DNA from: an uncultured bacterium
Lineage (GTDB): Bacteria; Planctomycetota; UBA1135; GCA-002686595
DNA length: 64,000 nucleotides
Direction: 5' to 3'
Assembly: GCA_943787795.1 (NCBI GenBank)
Contig: CALSNU010000002.1
Span: 1 to 64,000 of the forward strand
The translations under genes were made by a program, and so were the position numbers. Each line of letters starts with the position of its first letter. Position 1 is the first letter of the stretch. Below, piece after piece: positions 19,334 to 29,060 of the stretch. The notes beneath the pieces were generated by a model. The model was not told where the DNA came from. It worked only from the letters and a program-made list of their open reading frames with translations, and did no database searches.

Positions 19334-20135
19334 GGTGGGCCTCCGGGAGCTGGGCGGCGACGAGGGTCCCGCGATCGGTCAGCAGAGCGGCGGCGACCGG
19401 GTCGTCCACGTCGCCCGCGGCGATCTTGACGGTGGCCGCGGGGCGCGCCTCGGCGGCCGCGACGGCGGCCTCGACCTTGGGGATCATGCCCCCCGCGATG
19501 ACCCCGCTCGCCTCCAGCGCAGACGCCGATGCCCCATCGAGGTGCGGGATGCGCTCGGCCCCGTCGCGCACGTGGGGCACGTCCGAGAGGAAGAGCACGG
19601 CGTCGGCGCCCCAGGCCTGGGCGATGGGCGCCACGGCCATGTCCGCGTTCACGTTGAGGAAGACGTCGACGTCGTCGGAGCGCGGGGTGACGGTGGCGAC
19701 CACCGGCACGTAGCCCGCCGCGCCGAGCGCGGTCAGGACCTCGGGCCGGACCTCCTCCACCGCGCCCACGTGGCCCAGCGCGGGGTCGACCACGCCGGCC
19801 CTGAAGAGCCCGCCGTCGGCGCCCGTGAGCCCGACAGCGGGGACGCCCGCGCGCTGGAGCGCTGCCACGAGGACCGCGTTGACCTCGCCGCCGAGGACCT
19901 GGAGCACCGCCCGCGCCGTGCCGTCGTCGGTCACCCGCAGCCCGCGCACCCGGCGCGGGACGAGGCCGAGGGCGTTGGTCAGCCGGGACACCTGGGCGCC
20001 GCCGCCGTGGATCACCACGACCTCGTGCCCGCTCGCCCGGGCCGCCCCCACGCTCGCCGCGAAGCGCGCGCGGGTCCCGGCGTCGTCGAGGATCGCGCCG
20101 CCGACCTTGACGAGGATGCGCTGTAGATCGCTCAC
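19326..20135 (-). CDS. argB: Acetylglutamate kinase
   Basis: 'VKVGG', 'IHGGG', 'GLRVTD', 'NVNAD', 'GGMIPKV'. Confidence 0.93.
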   Translation of the reverse strand: MSDLQRILVKVGGAILDDAGTRARFAASVGAARASGHEVVVIHGGGAQVSRLTNALGLVPRRVRGLRVTDDGTARAVLQVLGGEVNAVLVAALQRAGVPAVGLTGADGGLFRAGVVDPALGHVGAVEEVRPEVLTALGAAGYVPVVATVTPRSDDVDVFLNVNADMAVAPIAQAWGADAVLFLSDVPHVRDGAERIPHLDGASASALEASGVIAGGMIPKVEAAVAAAEARPAATVKIAAGDVDDPVAAALLTDRGTLVAAQLPEAHHA

Positions 20136-21133
20136 AGCAGCCCCCAGGTCTCGTCGAAGCCCTTGACCACGTTCATGTTCTGGAGCGCCTGGCCCGCCGC
20201 GCCCTTGACCAGGTTGTCGATGGCGGAGGTCACCACCACCGCGCCGTCCACCTCAGCCACCGAGAGGTGGCAGTGGTTGGTGCCCGCCACGTCCCCGGTG
20301 CGCGCCGGCTCGCCCATCAGGTGCACGAAGGGCTCCTGGGCGTAGGCCGCCTCGAGGGCGCGCGTGGCGCTCTCGACCCCTGCGCCCGCGGCCGGCTCGA
20401 GGTAGATGGTGGCCAGCATCCCGCGGAACATGGGCGCGAGGTGCGGGACGAAGGACAGCTTGTAGGGCGACGAGGCCCCGCCCAGCCGCGAGAGGATCTC
20501 CGGCGAGTGCCGGTGGTTGCCGACGCCGTAGGCCCGCAGGGTCTCGTTGACGTTGCCGTAGAGGGTCACGTCGCTGGGCGACTTGCCCGCGCCGGAGACG
20601 CCGCTCTTGGCGTCCACGACGATGCGGCTCCCGGTCGCGACCAGGCCCACGTCCACCAGGGGCAGGATCGCGAGCAGCGAGGCCGTGGGGTAGCAGCCGG
20701 GGTTCGCCACGAGGCGCGCGCCGGCGAGGGCCCCGCGCGCGTGCTCGGTGAGGCCGTAGGGTGCCGCGTCGCAGAGCGCTGGCTCGGGGTGGGTCACGCT
20801 GTAGATCCGCTCGAACTCTGCGGGGTCCGAGAAGCGGTGGTCCGCGGAGAGGTCCACGACGAGCGGGGCCGCCGGGCCGTCCAGGGCGGCCTTCGCCACG
20901 GGGACGCCCACGGTGTGCGGGAGGCACGTGAACACCACGTCGTGGTCGCGGCCGAGGGCCGCGAGATCCAGGGGCATGAGGGTCCACTGCGCCCGCGCGT
21001 CCAGGGGCGCGGGGTCGCCGCCCTCCCGCGCGGACATGGCGGTGATGGACTCGATCCCGGGGTGCCGCTTGCACAGCTCGAGAAGCTCCCGCCCGGCGTA
21101 TCCGGTGGCCCCGACGACGGCGACGCGCGTCAC
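20132..21133 (-). CDS. argC: N-acetyl-gamma-glutamyl-phosphate reductase
   Basis: 'GATGYAG', 'DLSADHR', 'ANPGCYPT', 'SGVSGAG', 'IDNLVKGAAGQA'. Confidence 0.96.
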   Translation of the reverse strand: MTRVAVVGATGYAGRELLELCKRHPGIESITAMSAREGGDPAPLDARAQWTLMPLDLAALGRDHDVVFTCLPHTVGVPVAKAALDGPAAPLVVDLSADHRFSDPAEFERIYSVTHPEPALCDAAPYGLTEHARGALAGARLVANPGCYPTASLLAILPLVDVGLVATGSRIVVDAKSGVSGAGKSPSDVTLYGNVNETLRAYGVGNHRHSPEILSRLGGASSPYKLSFVPHLAPMFRGMLATIYLEPAAGAGVESATRALEAAYAQEPFVHLMGEPARTGDVAGTNHCHLSVAEVDGAVVVTSAIDNLVKGAAGQALQNMNVVKGFDETWGLL

Positions 21134-21588
21134 GCCGTCACCCCCGCGGACCGGGCCAGCCGATCGAAGTCCGCCACGAGGTCACGGGCTGCCCGGCTGG
21201 CGGGACAGATGATCAGGATCGTGTCGTCGCCCGCGATGGTCCCGAGCATGTCGGTGCGCCCGGAGGCGTCGAGAGCCACGGCCAGGGGAGACGCGCCGCC
21301 GGGAGGCGTGCGCAGCACCACGAGGTTCTGGGCCGCCCGCGCGGACACCAGCCAGCGGCCGAGGGCGTCGACCAGGGGGCTGGCCGAGGCGGCGGGGACC
21401 ACGTAGCCCGCCGCGCCCTTCACGGCGCCAAGCTCCCGGAGGTCGCGGGAGAGGGTCGCCTGGGTGATCTCGACGCCCCGGGCGGCCAGGGCGTCCACGA
21501 GGGACTGCTGGCTGGAGCCATGGCCGTCGCCGATCAGCTCGACCACGAGGGCCCGCCGCTCGGCGGCTGTGGAGATGGATGACTGCAT
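21130..21588 (-). CDS. argR: Arginine repressor
   Basis: 'TQATLSRDLRELG' winged helix and 'GTIAGDDT' arginine-binding motif. Confidence 0.93.
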   Translation of the reverse strand: MQSSISTAAERRALVVELIGDGHGSSQQSLVDALAARGVEITQATLSRDLRELGAVKGAAGYVVPAASASPLVDALGRWLVSARAAQNLVVLRTPPGGASPLAVALDASGRTDMLGTIAGDDTILIICPASRAARDLVADFDRLARSAGVTA

Positions 21589-21619
21589 AAATCCGAACCT
21601 TTGGGCGCATATTCATGCA
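21584..21619. promoter_or_regulatory. Putative ARG box(es), ArgR operator
   Basis: CGCATATTCATGCA (21606-21619) resembles TGCATnnnnATGCA; a second half-site TGCATAAAT overlaps the argR start codon. Confidence 0.6.
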
Positions 21620-21675
21620 TCGGACTTCCCCGAGCGCAACCCGGTTTCTCGGCTAAATGTCGCTACAAAGGGGCG

Positions 21676-22642
21676 ATGCCCACCGCTCCGCTCCGCCCCG
21701 CCCAGGCCGCCTGGACCCTCTGCGCCCGGTTCGCTGGCGCCCTGTGCCTGCTCCTCACGCTCGGCTGCGCCACCGGTCCCGTGGGCTCCCCGACCACGCC
21801 GGTCACCGTCGAGGCGACCTCTCTGCTCGGCGTGCCCCTGGAGCGTCCCGCCCTCTCTCCCACGACCATGAGACGGCTCGAGCTCGACCTCGAGTCGGCG
21901 CGGCTCGCCCTGGAAGAGTCGCCCTCGGAGCAGCGGACGATCTGGGTCGGGCGGCGCCTCGGGTACCTCGGGCGCTACGACGAGGCCATCCGCTGGTACC
22001 TCGCGGCGCTCGTGCAATACCCCGACAGCTACCGCCTGCGCCGGCACCTGGGGCACCGGCTCATCACCGTGCGGCGCCTGGATGACGCGATCGGGGTCCT
22101 CACCGAGGCCAGGCGCCTCGCCGCAGAAGCGACCAACCGGATCGAGCCCGACGGAGCGCCGGGCCCCGAGGGCGAACCACGCAGCACGACCCACGGCAAC
22201 ATCGACTATCACCTCGCCCTCGCGTACTACGCCCGCGGCGACTTCAACGCGGCGGCCGACCTCTGGGTCGAGTGTGCTCGGCGCTGGGCGGGCAACGACG
22301 ACTCCCGGGTCGCGGCCATGCACTGGGCCCACGTGAGCCTGCTCCGAGCCGGGCGCCAGGAGGAGGCGCGCAGCATCCTCGAGGTCGTCGGTCGCTACCC
22401 CCGACGTCATCGAGAACGTCGCGTACCTGGAGTTGATCCAGCTCTATCGCGGGGAGCTCAAGGCCGGAGCGCTGCTCGCCCGGAAGGAGCGCAACGCCGC
22501 CCTCGAGTACGGCCTCAGCCGTTACCTGATCCGGTTGGGCGCGGGGGTCGACGGCGAGGAGAGCCTCGTCCAGCTGACCCGCCGACCCGAGTGGCCGGCC
22601 TTCGGTGTCCTGGCCGCAGAGGCGGACCTCGCGGCCCGTTGA
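21676..22642 (+). pseudogene. TPR lipoprotein interrupted by a one-base frameshift (pseudogene or sequencing error)
   Basis: Lipobox 'LTLGC' and TPRs; protein-like sequence continues in another frame (PDVIENVAYLELIQLYRG...WPAFGVLAAE) after about 22400. Confidence 0.7.
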
Positions 22643-22801
22643 CGGGGCTCCGTCGCGCTCGAAGCAAGCCCCACGGCCTGAGCCGGCGACCCGAACCGAG
22701 ACGAAGATTCGAGTGCCGGTGAACCCCACGGTCGAAGGGCGCGTCCAAGCGGCCCCGGTCGTGGCACCCTTTGGGTGCCGGCCTCAGCCCGCGCTGCCCC
22801 C

Positions 22802-25591
22802 ATGCGTCCCGCTCCTCAGACCCTCCCCGTCCTCCCCGCGATCGGCCTCGCCGCGATCGGGCTCGCCGCCTTCGCCCTGGATGGCGCCCTGGATGGCGCC
22901 CTCAACGGCGACGGACCGACCCCGCACGCCCCGGAGACGGAACGCCGTCCGGCGCAGATGCCCTTCCCCGGGGCGCCGCTGGCTCCCCCCACGGACCCGC
23001 GCGGCGCCGGCGAGGGAGAGGAGGGTGAGGACCGAGCCGAGCGCGCGCGCTGGATCGAACAGCTCCACCTCGCGGCCCCCGGCGCGGACTGGAGGGCCAT
23101 CGAGCGAGCGAACCAGGCCGCGGAGCTCGAGCGACGCAACGAGGCGGCCCTCGCGGACAGCGGCGGCTCGCTGCCCTGGGTCTGGGACGAGGTGGGCTCC
23201 AGGAACCAGGCGGGCCACACGCGCTGCGCAGCGCTCGGCGCCATGCGCGCCGACGGCCGCTTCCTGTACGTGGGCTCCGCAGGCGGCGGCCTGTGGCGAG
23301 GGCGCGAGGACGGGACCGGATGGACGCCCCTCTCCGACAGCGTCTACGGGGGCGTGGACGACGTCGTGGCCATCGAGCCCGCGAACCTCGCCGACGACGA
23401 CGTGCTCGTGATGCGCCGGGGGATCTCCGTCCTGCGGAGCGCCGACTCAGGCCAGACCTGGCAGTCACCCAGCGGCCTCGGCGGGATCACCAGCGCGCGC
23501 CGGATGGTGCGCGCCGCGGACGCCGCCCAGACGGTCTTCCTCTTCGGGAGCGCCAACATCCCGGGCGTCGGTGAGAAGAGCGCGCTCTACGCCTCCGTGG
23601 ACGGCGGCCAGAGCTTCACGCTGCGCTACAACTTCGGGACCAACTGGAGCGGGGATATCTGGGTCCCGCGCACCGCTGCCCTCGGCGGTAGCGCCGTGTA
23701 CATCCTCCAGCGCGGGCGGATCTTCGTCAGCGTGAACGACGGCTTCAACTTCGCTCCTGGGCTCGACGTGGACACCGCGGCCACGGCGGGCGACATCGTC
23801 GGCTCTGAAGCGGGCGGCCCCACGCTCTACCTCGCCCTGCGTCAGAGCAACGGCGACTGGAACCTCCACCGCTCGGACGACGCCGGGCAGTCCTCGGTCT
23901 TCGTGCGGACGCTGAACAGCTTCTGGGGGAGCACCCAGTCCATGGCGGCCTTCGCCCATGATCCCTCGCGCCTGATCTACGGCGGGGTCGAGGCCTGGGT
24001 CTCCACCAACGGCGGCGCGTCGGCCTCCAGGATCAACACCTGGGGCTCGTACTACGGCGACCCGGCGAACCGGCTCCACGCGGACATCCGCGGCATGAGC
24101 CCCCTGGTCGATCGGGACGCGCCGGGCGAGCCGGACCTCGTGTTCATCAACACCGACGGCGGCACCTACATCACCTCTGACGGCGGCGTCACGGTCCAGA
24201 ACCTGAGCCTCGAGGGGCTCGGCGTGGGCCAGTTCTACTCGACCCACACGTCGGTCCTCGATCCCCGTCGCATCAGCGGCGGGACCCAGGATCAGGGGTA
24301 CCAGGTGGGCCTCCTCGACGTCTCCGCCACCGGGCCTGGACCGACCACCGACTTCGACCAGCTCATCAGCGGGGACTACGGGCACCTGGTGAGCGGGGAC
24401 GGCACCCACGACCTGGTCTACTCCACCTACCCGGGCTTCATCCTCGTCCAGGACGGCGAGGTCAACCCGACCCTGCGCACCCTCGACTTCCCCTCCGGCT
24501 CGAGCCAGCTCTGGCTCCCGCCCGTGGTGGCGGACCCCAACGACCCCGACGAGTTCTTCTTCCTGGGGGAGCGGCTCTACCACTACGACCGGCCCATGGC
24601 GGCCTGGACGCCCTCGGTCTGGTCGACTCAGGACTTCGCGGCGGGGAGCAGCAGCTACCTCTCGGCCCTGGCCTTCGCGCCGTCGGCTCCCTCCCGGGCG
24701 TACGCGGCCACGAACACCGGTCGGCTCTACCACTCGAGCGACGGGGGCGTGACCTGGACCCTCGGCTCCACCGGCGGACCGGGGTCCCACTACTTCTACG
24801 GCTCCGCGATGCTCGTGGATCCCCAGGACCCCGACCACGCCTTCGTGGCCGGGTCTGGCTACGGCAACCCCGCGGTGCGCGAGACCCGGGACGGCGGCGC
24901 CACCTGGCAGGCCCGGTCGGCGGGGCTGCCCAGCACGCTGGTGCACGACATCGCCTGGTCCCCGGACGGGAGCGGTGACCTGTTCGCGGCTGCCGAGGCG
25001 GGGGCGTTCCACTTCGACGTCGCCACCTCCACCTGGTCCAACGCCATGGGGACCGAGGCGCCCGCCACGAACTACTGGTCCGTGGAGACGGTGCCCGCGA
25101 GCCCGCGGGTCCGCTTCGGGACCTACGGCCGCGGCATCTGGGACCTGACCGTGCTGGGCGGCGGCGAGCTGGGCGTTCGGATCTGCTCTCCCGCCGCAGC
25201 CAACGTGTCGGGCGTGCCCGCCGTGATCCGCGCCCTGGGGAGCCCCTTCGTCGCCGACAACGACCTCACCCTGGTGGCCAACGCGCTGCCGTCGAACACC
25301 CTCGGCTTCTTCCTCGCCTCCCCCACCCAGGGCTTCATCCCCTACCCCGGCGGCTCCGTGGGCATCCTCTGCCTCGGGGGCCCGTTCGGGCGCTACCAGT
25401 CTCTGGCGCAGAACTCCGGGCTCTTCGGCTCCATCGCCCTCCCGGTGGACGTCGCGGCCATCGCCCAGCCCACCGGGCCCGTGGCGGGCCAGCCCGGCCA
25501 GACCTGGTTCTTCCAGGCCTGGTACCGGGACTCGATCCTCTCCTTCCCCACGTCCAACTTCACGGACGCGATCGCGGTCCGGCTGCGCTAG
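22802..25591 (+). CDS. Secreted BNR/Asp-box beta-propeller (glycosyl hydrolase-like) protein with conserved C-terminal domain
   Basis: Asp-boxes (SADSGQTW, SVDGGQSF, STNGG, SSDGGVTW, TRDGGATW), 'LHADIR', 'GGTQDQG', 'GTYGRGIW'; C-terminus ...FQAWYRD...SNFTD. Confidence 0.85.
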   Translation: MRPAPQTLPVLPAIGLAAIGLAAFALDGALDGALNGDGPTPHAPETERRPAQMPFPGAPLAPPTDPRGAGEGEEGEDRAERARWIEQLHLAAPGADWRAIERANQAAELERRNEAALADSGGSLPWVWDEVGSRNQAGHTRCAALGAMRADGRFLYVGSAGGGLWRGREDGTGWTPLSDSVYGGVDDVVAIEPANLADDDVLVMRRGISVLRSADSGQTWQSPSGLGGITSARRMVRAADAAQTVFLFGSANIPGVGEKSALYASVDGGQSFTLRYNFGTNWSGDIWVPRTAALGGSAVYILQRGRIFVSVNDGFNFAPGLDVDTAATAGDIVGSEAGGPTLYLALRQSNGDWNLHRSDDAGQSSVFVRTLNSFWGSTQSMAAFAHDPSRLIYGGVEAWVSTNGGASASRINTWGSYYGDPANRLHADIRGMSPLVDRDAPGEPDLVFINTDGGTYITSDGGVTVQNLSLEGLGVGQFYSTHTSVLDPRRISGGTQDQGYQVGLLDVSATGPGPTTDFDQLISGDYGHLVSGDGTHDLVYSTYPGFILVQDGEVNPTLRTLDFPSGSSQLWLPPVVADPNDPDEFFFLGERLYHYDRPMAAWTPSVWSTQDFAAGSSSYLSALAFAPSAPSRAYAATNTGRLYHSSDGGVTWTLGSTGGPGSHYFYGSAMLVDPQDPDHAFVAGSGYGNPAVRETRDGGATWQARSAGLPSTLVHDIAWSPDGSGDLFAAAEAGAFHFDVATSTWSNAMGTEAPATNYWSVETVPASPRVRFGTYGRGIWDLTVLGGGELGVRICSPAAANVSGVPAVIRALGSPFVADNDLTLVANALPSNTLGFFLASPTQGFIPYPGGSVGILCLGGPFGRYQSLAQNSGLFGSIALPVDVAAIAQPTGPVAGQPGQTWFFQAWYRDSILSFPTSNFTDAIAVRLR

Positions 25592-26811
25592 ACGACGGGC
25601 GCCGGGCCGAGGACCTCCGCCAGCGCCTCCACCAGCCGCGCGACCTCAGCGGGGGTGTTGTAGTGGACGAGGCTGACCCGCACGACGCCGTCGCGCTCGA
25701 GGAGCCCGAGGTCACGAATGAGCCGGTAGGCGTAGAAGTGACCGAACCGAACGGCGACCCCGCGCTCATCGAGCAGCGGCGGGATCTCGCTGGCGGCGCG
25801 ACCCTCCACCGTGAAGGAGACGGTCGGGACGCGCCGCTCACTGGAGGGTGAGGCGTCTCCGACGAGCGCGACGAGCGGGTGAGCGCTCAGGAATTCGAGC
25901 AGCGGTGCCACGAGGGCCTCTTCCTGGGCAGCGATCAGCTCGAAGGCGCGCTCCAGGGTCGAGGGCTCGCCGCCCTCCGCGCCGAGGGTCCCCAGGTACT
26001 CCGTGATGCCTGGGAGCGACGCCACCAGCTCGTAGTTGACCCCGCCGGGCTCAAACTTCCGCGGCAGCTCGCCCTCGCCCACGAAGAAGTGGTTGATGCT
26101 GCCGGTCTCCAGCAGCACCTCCCGGCGCCCGAACATGACCCCCACGTGGGGGCCGTAGACCTTGTAGAGGCTCGCAAAGTAGAAGTCGACGCCGAGGGCT
26201 CGCACGTCCACACGCCGGTGCGGCGCATAGGCCACGGCGTCCACGCAGGTCAGCGCCCCCGCCGCCCGGGCCAGCGCGGTGCAGGCCCGCACGTCGGTGA
26301 TCGACCCGACGATGTTGGAGCAGTGCGTGAAGGCGACGAGGCGCGTGCGCTCGCCCAGGAGCTCGGCGAGGTCATCGGGGTGGAGCTCACACGTGTCAGG
26401 GCGGACACGCCACTCTCGCAGGATGATCCCCGAGGCCTCGAGCCGACGCCACGCCCCCACGTTGGTCTCGTGGTCGACGTTGGTCACGATCACCTCATCC
26501 CCCTCCGACCAGCCCGGCCGGAGCGCAACGGCGAGTTGGTTCACCAGGGCCGTGGAGGACGCCCCGACGATGACCTCCTCCGGGGTCGCCCCGAGCAACT
26601 CCGCCGCCGCAGACCGGCCGCTCGCCACGGCCGCGCTCGCATCGACCGAGGGCCCGTAGCTGGCGCCGAGCTGCACAGGGTGCTGGGTCAGGAACCCGTG
26701 GAGCCGGTCGATGACCTGCTTGCAGGGGACGCTTCCCCCGGCGTTGTCCATGAGCACCCACGGCGTATCGAGGGCGGGGAACTGGGAGCGGACGTGGTCG
26801 AGGTCGAGCAT
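25588..26811 (-). CDS. Cysteine desulfurase-like class V aminotransferase (VC1184 type)
   Basis: 'VRSQFPAL', 'DNAGGS', 'DHETN', 'VDAVAYAPH', PLP lysine in 'SLYKVYGPH', 'RVSLVHYNT'. Confidence 0.85.
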   Translation of the reverse strand: MLDLDHVRSQFPALDTPWVLMDNAGGSVPCKQVIDRLHGFLTQHPVQLGASYGPSVDASAAVASGRSAAAELLGATPEEVIVGASSTALVNQLAVALRPGWSEGDEVIVTNVDHETNVGAWRRLEASGIILREWRVRPDTCELHPDDLAELLGERTRLVAFTHCSNIVGSITDVRACTALARAAGALTCVDAVAYAPHRRVDVRALGVDFYFASLYKVYGPHVGVMFGRREVLLETGSINHFFVGEGELPRKFEPGGVNYELVASLPGITEYLGTLGAEGGEPSTLERAFELIAAQEEALVAPLLEFLSAHPLVALVGDASPSSERRVPTVSFTVEGRAASEIPPLLDERGVAVRFGHFYAYRLIRDLGLLERDGVVRVSLVHYNTPAEVARLVEALAEVLGPAPVV

Positions 26812-27029
26812 CGGAGCCAGCGCAGGGAGCTGGGGTTGGGCTGTGGAGGACGCCAGGCCAGGCGCGGCCGGCGTCCACAGGTTGACCTCAACGGGGCCGG
26901 ACGTCACCCGTCTCTCGCGGCAGACCGACCGGCATCGTCCCCGGATCGAGCCCGCAGGCCCCACCGATCCCCGCTTCGCGGGCTCCGCCGGCTCCGCAGC
27001 GGGCCCTCGCTCGCTAGACTCCCCGCCCG

Positions 27030-28979
27030 ATGTCCCTGCTCATTCTCGAAGACGTCAAGAAGCACTTCGGCGCCCAGGAGGTGCTCCGCGGCGCGTCACT
27101 CACCATCGACCCCGGCCAGAAGATCGGGATCGTCGGGCGCAATGGCGGCGGTAAGACCACCCTGTTCCGGATGATCGCCGGGGAGGAGACCCCCGACTGG
27201 GGCTCGGTCCGCGTGCGCAAGAAGGCGCGCCTCGGCGTCGTCCCCCAGCGGCCCAAGTTCGCGGAAGGCGAGACCGCGCGGGACTACGTGGGCACCGGCC
27301 TCGACGAGCTCCACCGGACCATCGAGCGCTACGAGGCGTGCGCCGAGGAGATGGGGGCTGCCGAGGGCGAGAAGCTCGAGCGGCTGATGAGCGAGCACGA
27401 CCGCCTCGGCGGCCGCATCGACCAGCTCGGCGGCTGGGACACCGAGCGCAAGGTGGAGACCGTCCTCGGCGGTATCGGCCTCCCGGAGACCCACTGGGAC
27501 CGCGAGGCCCGCCTGCTGTCCGGCGGCGAGAAGAACCGGGTGGCCCTGGCCCGAGAGCTCATCGGCGGCCACGACCTGCTGCTGCTCGACGAGCCCACGA
27601 ACCACCTGGACCTCGAGGGCATCGAGTGGCTTGAGCGGTACCTGAAGGACCTGCCCACGGGCGTCCTGATCGTCAGCCACGACCGCCGGCTCCTGACCAA
27701 CTGCATCGACCGGATCGTCGAGCTGGAGCGCGGCCGGCTCGTGGCGTACGCGGGCAACTACCCCAAGTACCTGCAGCTCAAGGCCGAGAAGTTCGAGTCC
27801 GAGCAGCGCGCGTGGGAGCAGCAGCAGGAGCTCCTCCGCAAGGAGGAGTCCTTCATCAAGAAGCACATGGGGAGCCAGCGGACGGCCGAGGCCAAGGGGC
27901 GCGCCAAGAAGCTCTCCCACGTGGAGCGCCTGGAGAAGCCCCACCACGACGTTCGCCGGCCGCGGATCAAGGCGCCGGAGGCTGCGCGCGGCGGCGAGCG
28001 GGTGCTCCACACCGAGCGCCTCTTCGGCGGCTACGAGGAGAACGTCCTGCTGAAGGACGTGGACATCCGCGTCGGCAGGGGCGAGCGCATCGGGATCGTC
28101 GGCCCCAACGGCGCCGGGAAGTCCACGCTCATGAAGATCATCGCGGGCAAGCTCGCGCCGCTCTCCGGCGAGGTGGTGCGCGGACACGGCGCGCGGGTCG
28201 CCTACTACGATCAGGACACCTCCCACCTGCGCGATGACCACACGCCCCTCGAGGAGGTGCGGCGGCACTACCCCGAGATGACCGAGCAGGAGATCCGCAA
28301 CCACCTGGCCCAGTTCCTGTTCCGCGGCAACGAGGTCGAGAAGGTCATCTCGACCCTCTCCGGGGGCGAGCGGGCCCGGCTCTCGCTATCGCTCCTCGTG
28401 CTCACGAGCCCCTCTTGGTTCGCCCTGGACGAGCCCACCAACCACCTGGATCTGTCCAGCCGGACCTCCCTCGAGGAGATGCTCGGGGAGTTCCAGGGCG
28501 CGATCGTCTGCATCAGCCACGACCGGGAGTTCCTCGACGGGATCTGCAACAAGACCGTGGAGGTCAGCGCCCTGGGCGTCGAGGAATTCGACGGGAACTA
28601 CTCCGACTGGCGCGCCTACAAGCTCGCCGAGCGAGACGCCGCCCAGGAGGAGAAGGCCCGGAAGGAGGCCGCCCAGCGCAAGGCCGTCCGCGAACGCGAG
28701 GAGGCCGAGCGCCGCCGCGGCGGCGGCGAGAAGAAGGCCAAGGGCGGCTCGAAGAAGAAGGGCACCGGCAAGGGGCCGCGGAACCCCTACATGTTCGAGA
28801 AGCTTGAGAAGAAGATCATGGAGCTCGAGCAGGAGCTGGCGACCCTCCACGCCGCGATGGCCTCCGAGGAGGTCTACACCAACGCGGACAAGCTCCGAGA
28901 CACCCAGTTCCGCATCGCCGAGGTGGAGGCCAACCTGGAGTCCTCCAACGAGGAGTGGCTCAACTGGGAGACCGCCTGA
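27030..28979 (+). CDS. ABC-F family ATPase (Uup-like C-terminal coiled coil)
   Basis: Two NBDs (GRNGGGKTT, GPNGAGKST; LSGGE twice; LDEPTNHLD twice); no TM segments. Confidence 0.93.
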   Translation: MSLLILEDVKKHFGAQEVLRGASLTIDPGQKIGIVGRNGGGKTTLFRMIAGEETPDWGSVRVRKKARLGVVPQRPKFAEGETARDYVGTGLDELHRTIERYEACAEEMGAAEGEKLERLMSEHDRLGGRIDQLGGWDTERKVETVLGGIGLPETHWDREARLLSGGEKNRVALARELIGGHDLLLLDEPTNHLDLEGIEWLERYLKDLPTGVLIVSHDRRLLTNCIDRIVELERGRLVAYAGNYPKYLQLKAEKFESEQRAWEQQQELLRKEESFIKKHMGSQRTAEAKGRAKKLSHVERLEKPHHDVRRPRIKAPEAARGGERVLHTERLFGGYEENVLLKDVDIRVGRGERIGIVGPNGAGKSTLMKIIAGKLAPLSGEVVRGHGARVAYYDQDTSHLRDDHTPLEEVRRHYPEMTEQEIRNHLAQFLFRGNEVEKVISTLSGGERARLSLSLLVLTSPSWFALDEPTNHLDLSSRTSLEEMLGEFQGAIVCISHDREFLDGICNKTVEVSALGVEEFDGNYSDWRAYKLAERDAAQEEKARKEAAQRKAVREREEAERRRGGGEKKAKGGSKKKGTGKGPRNPYMFEKLEKKIMELEQELATLHAAMASEEVYTNADKLRDTQFRIAEVEANLESSNEEWLNWETA

Positions 28980-29060
28980 TCGCGGTGCGCGGCGGCTCCC
29001 GGGCCCCCGGCTCCCGAGAATCCCGCGCGGCAGGCCGCCTGGCCCGCTAACCTCCCCGCC

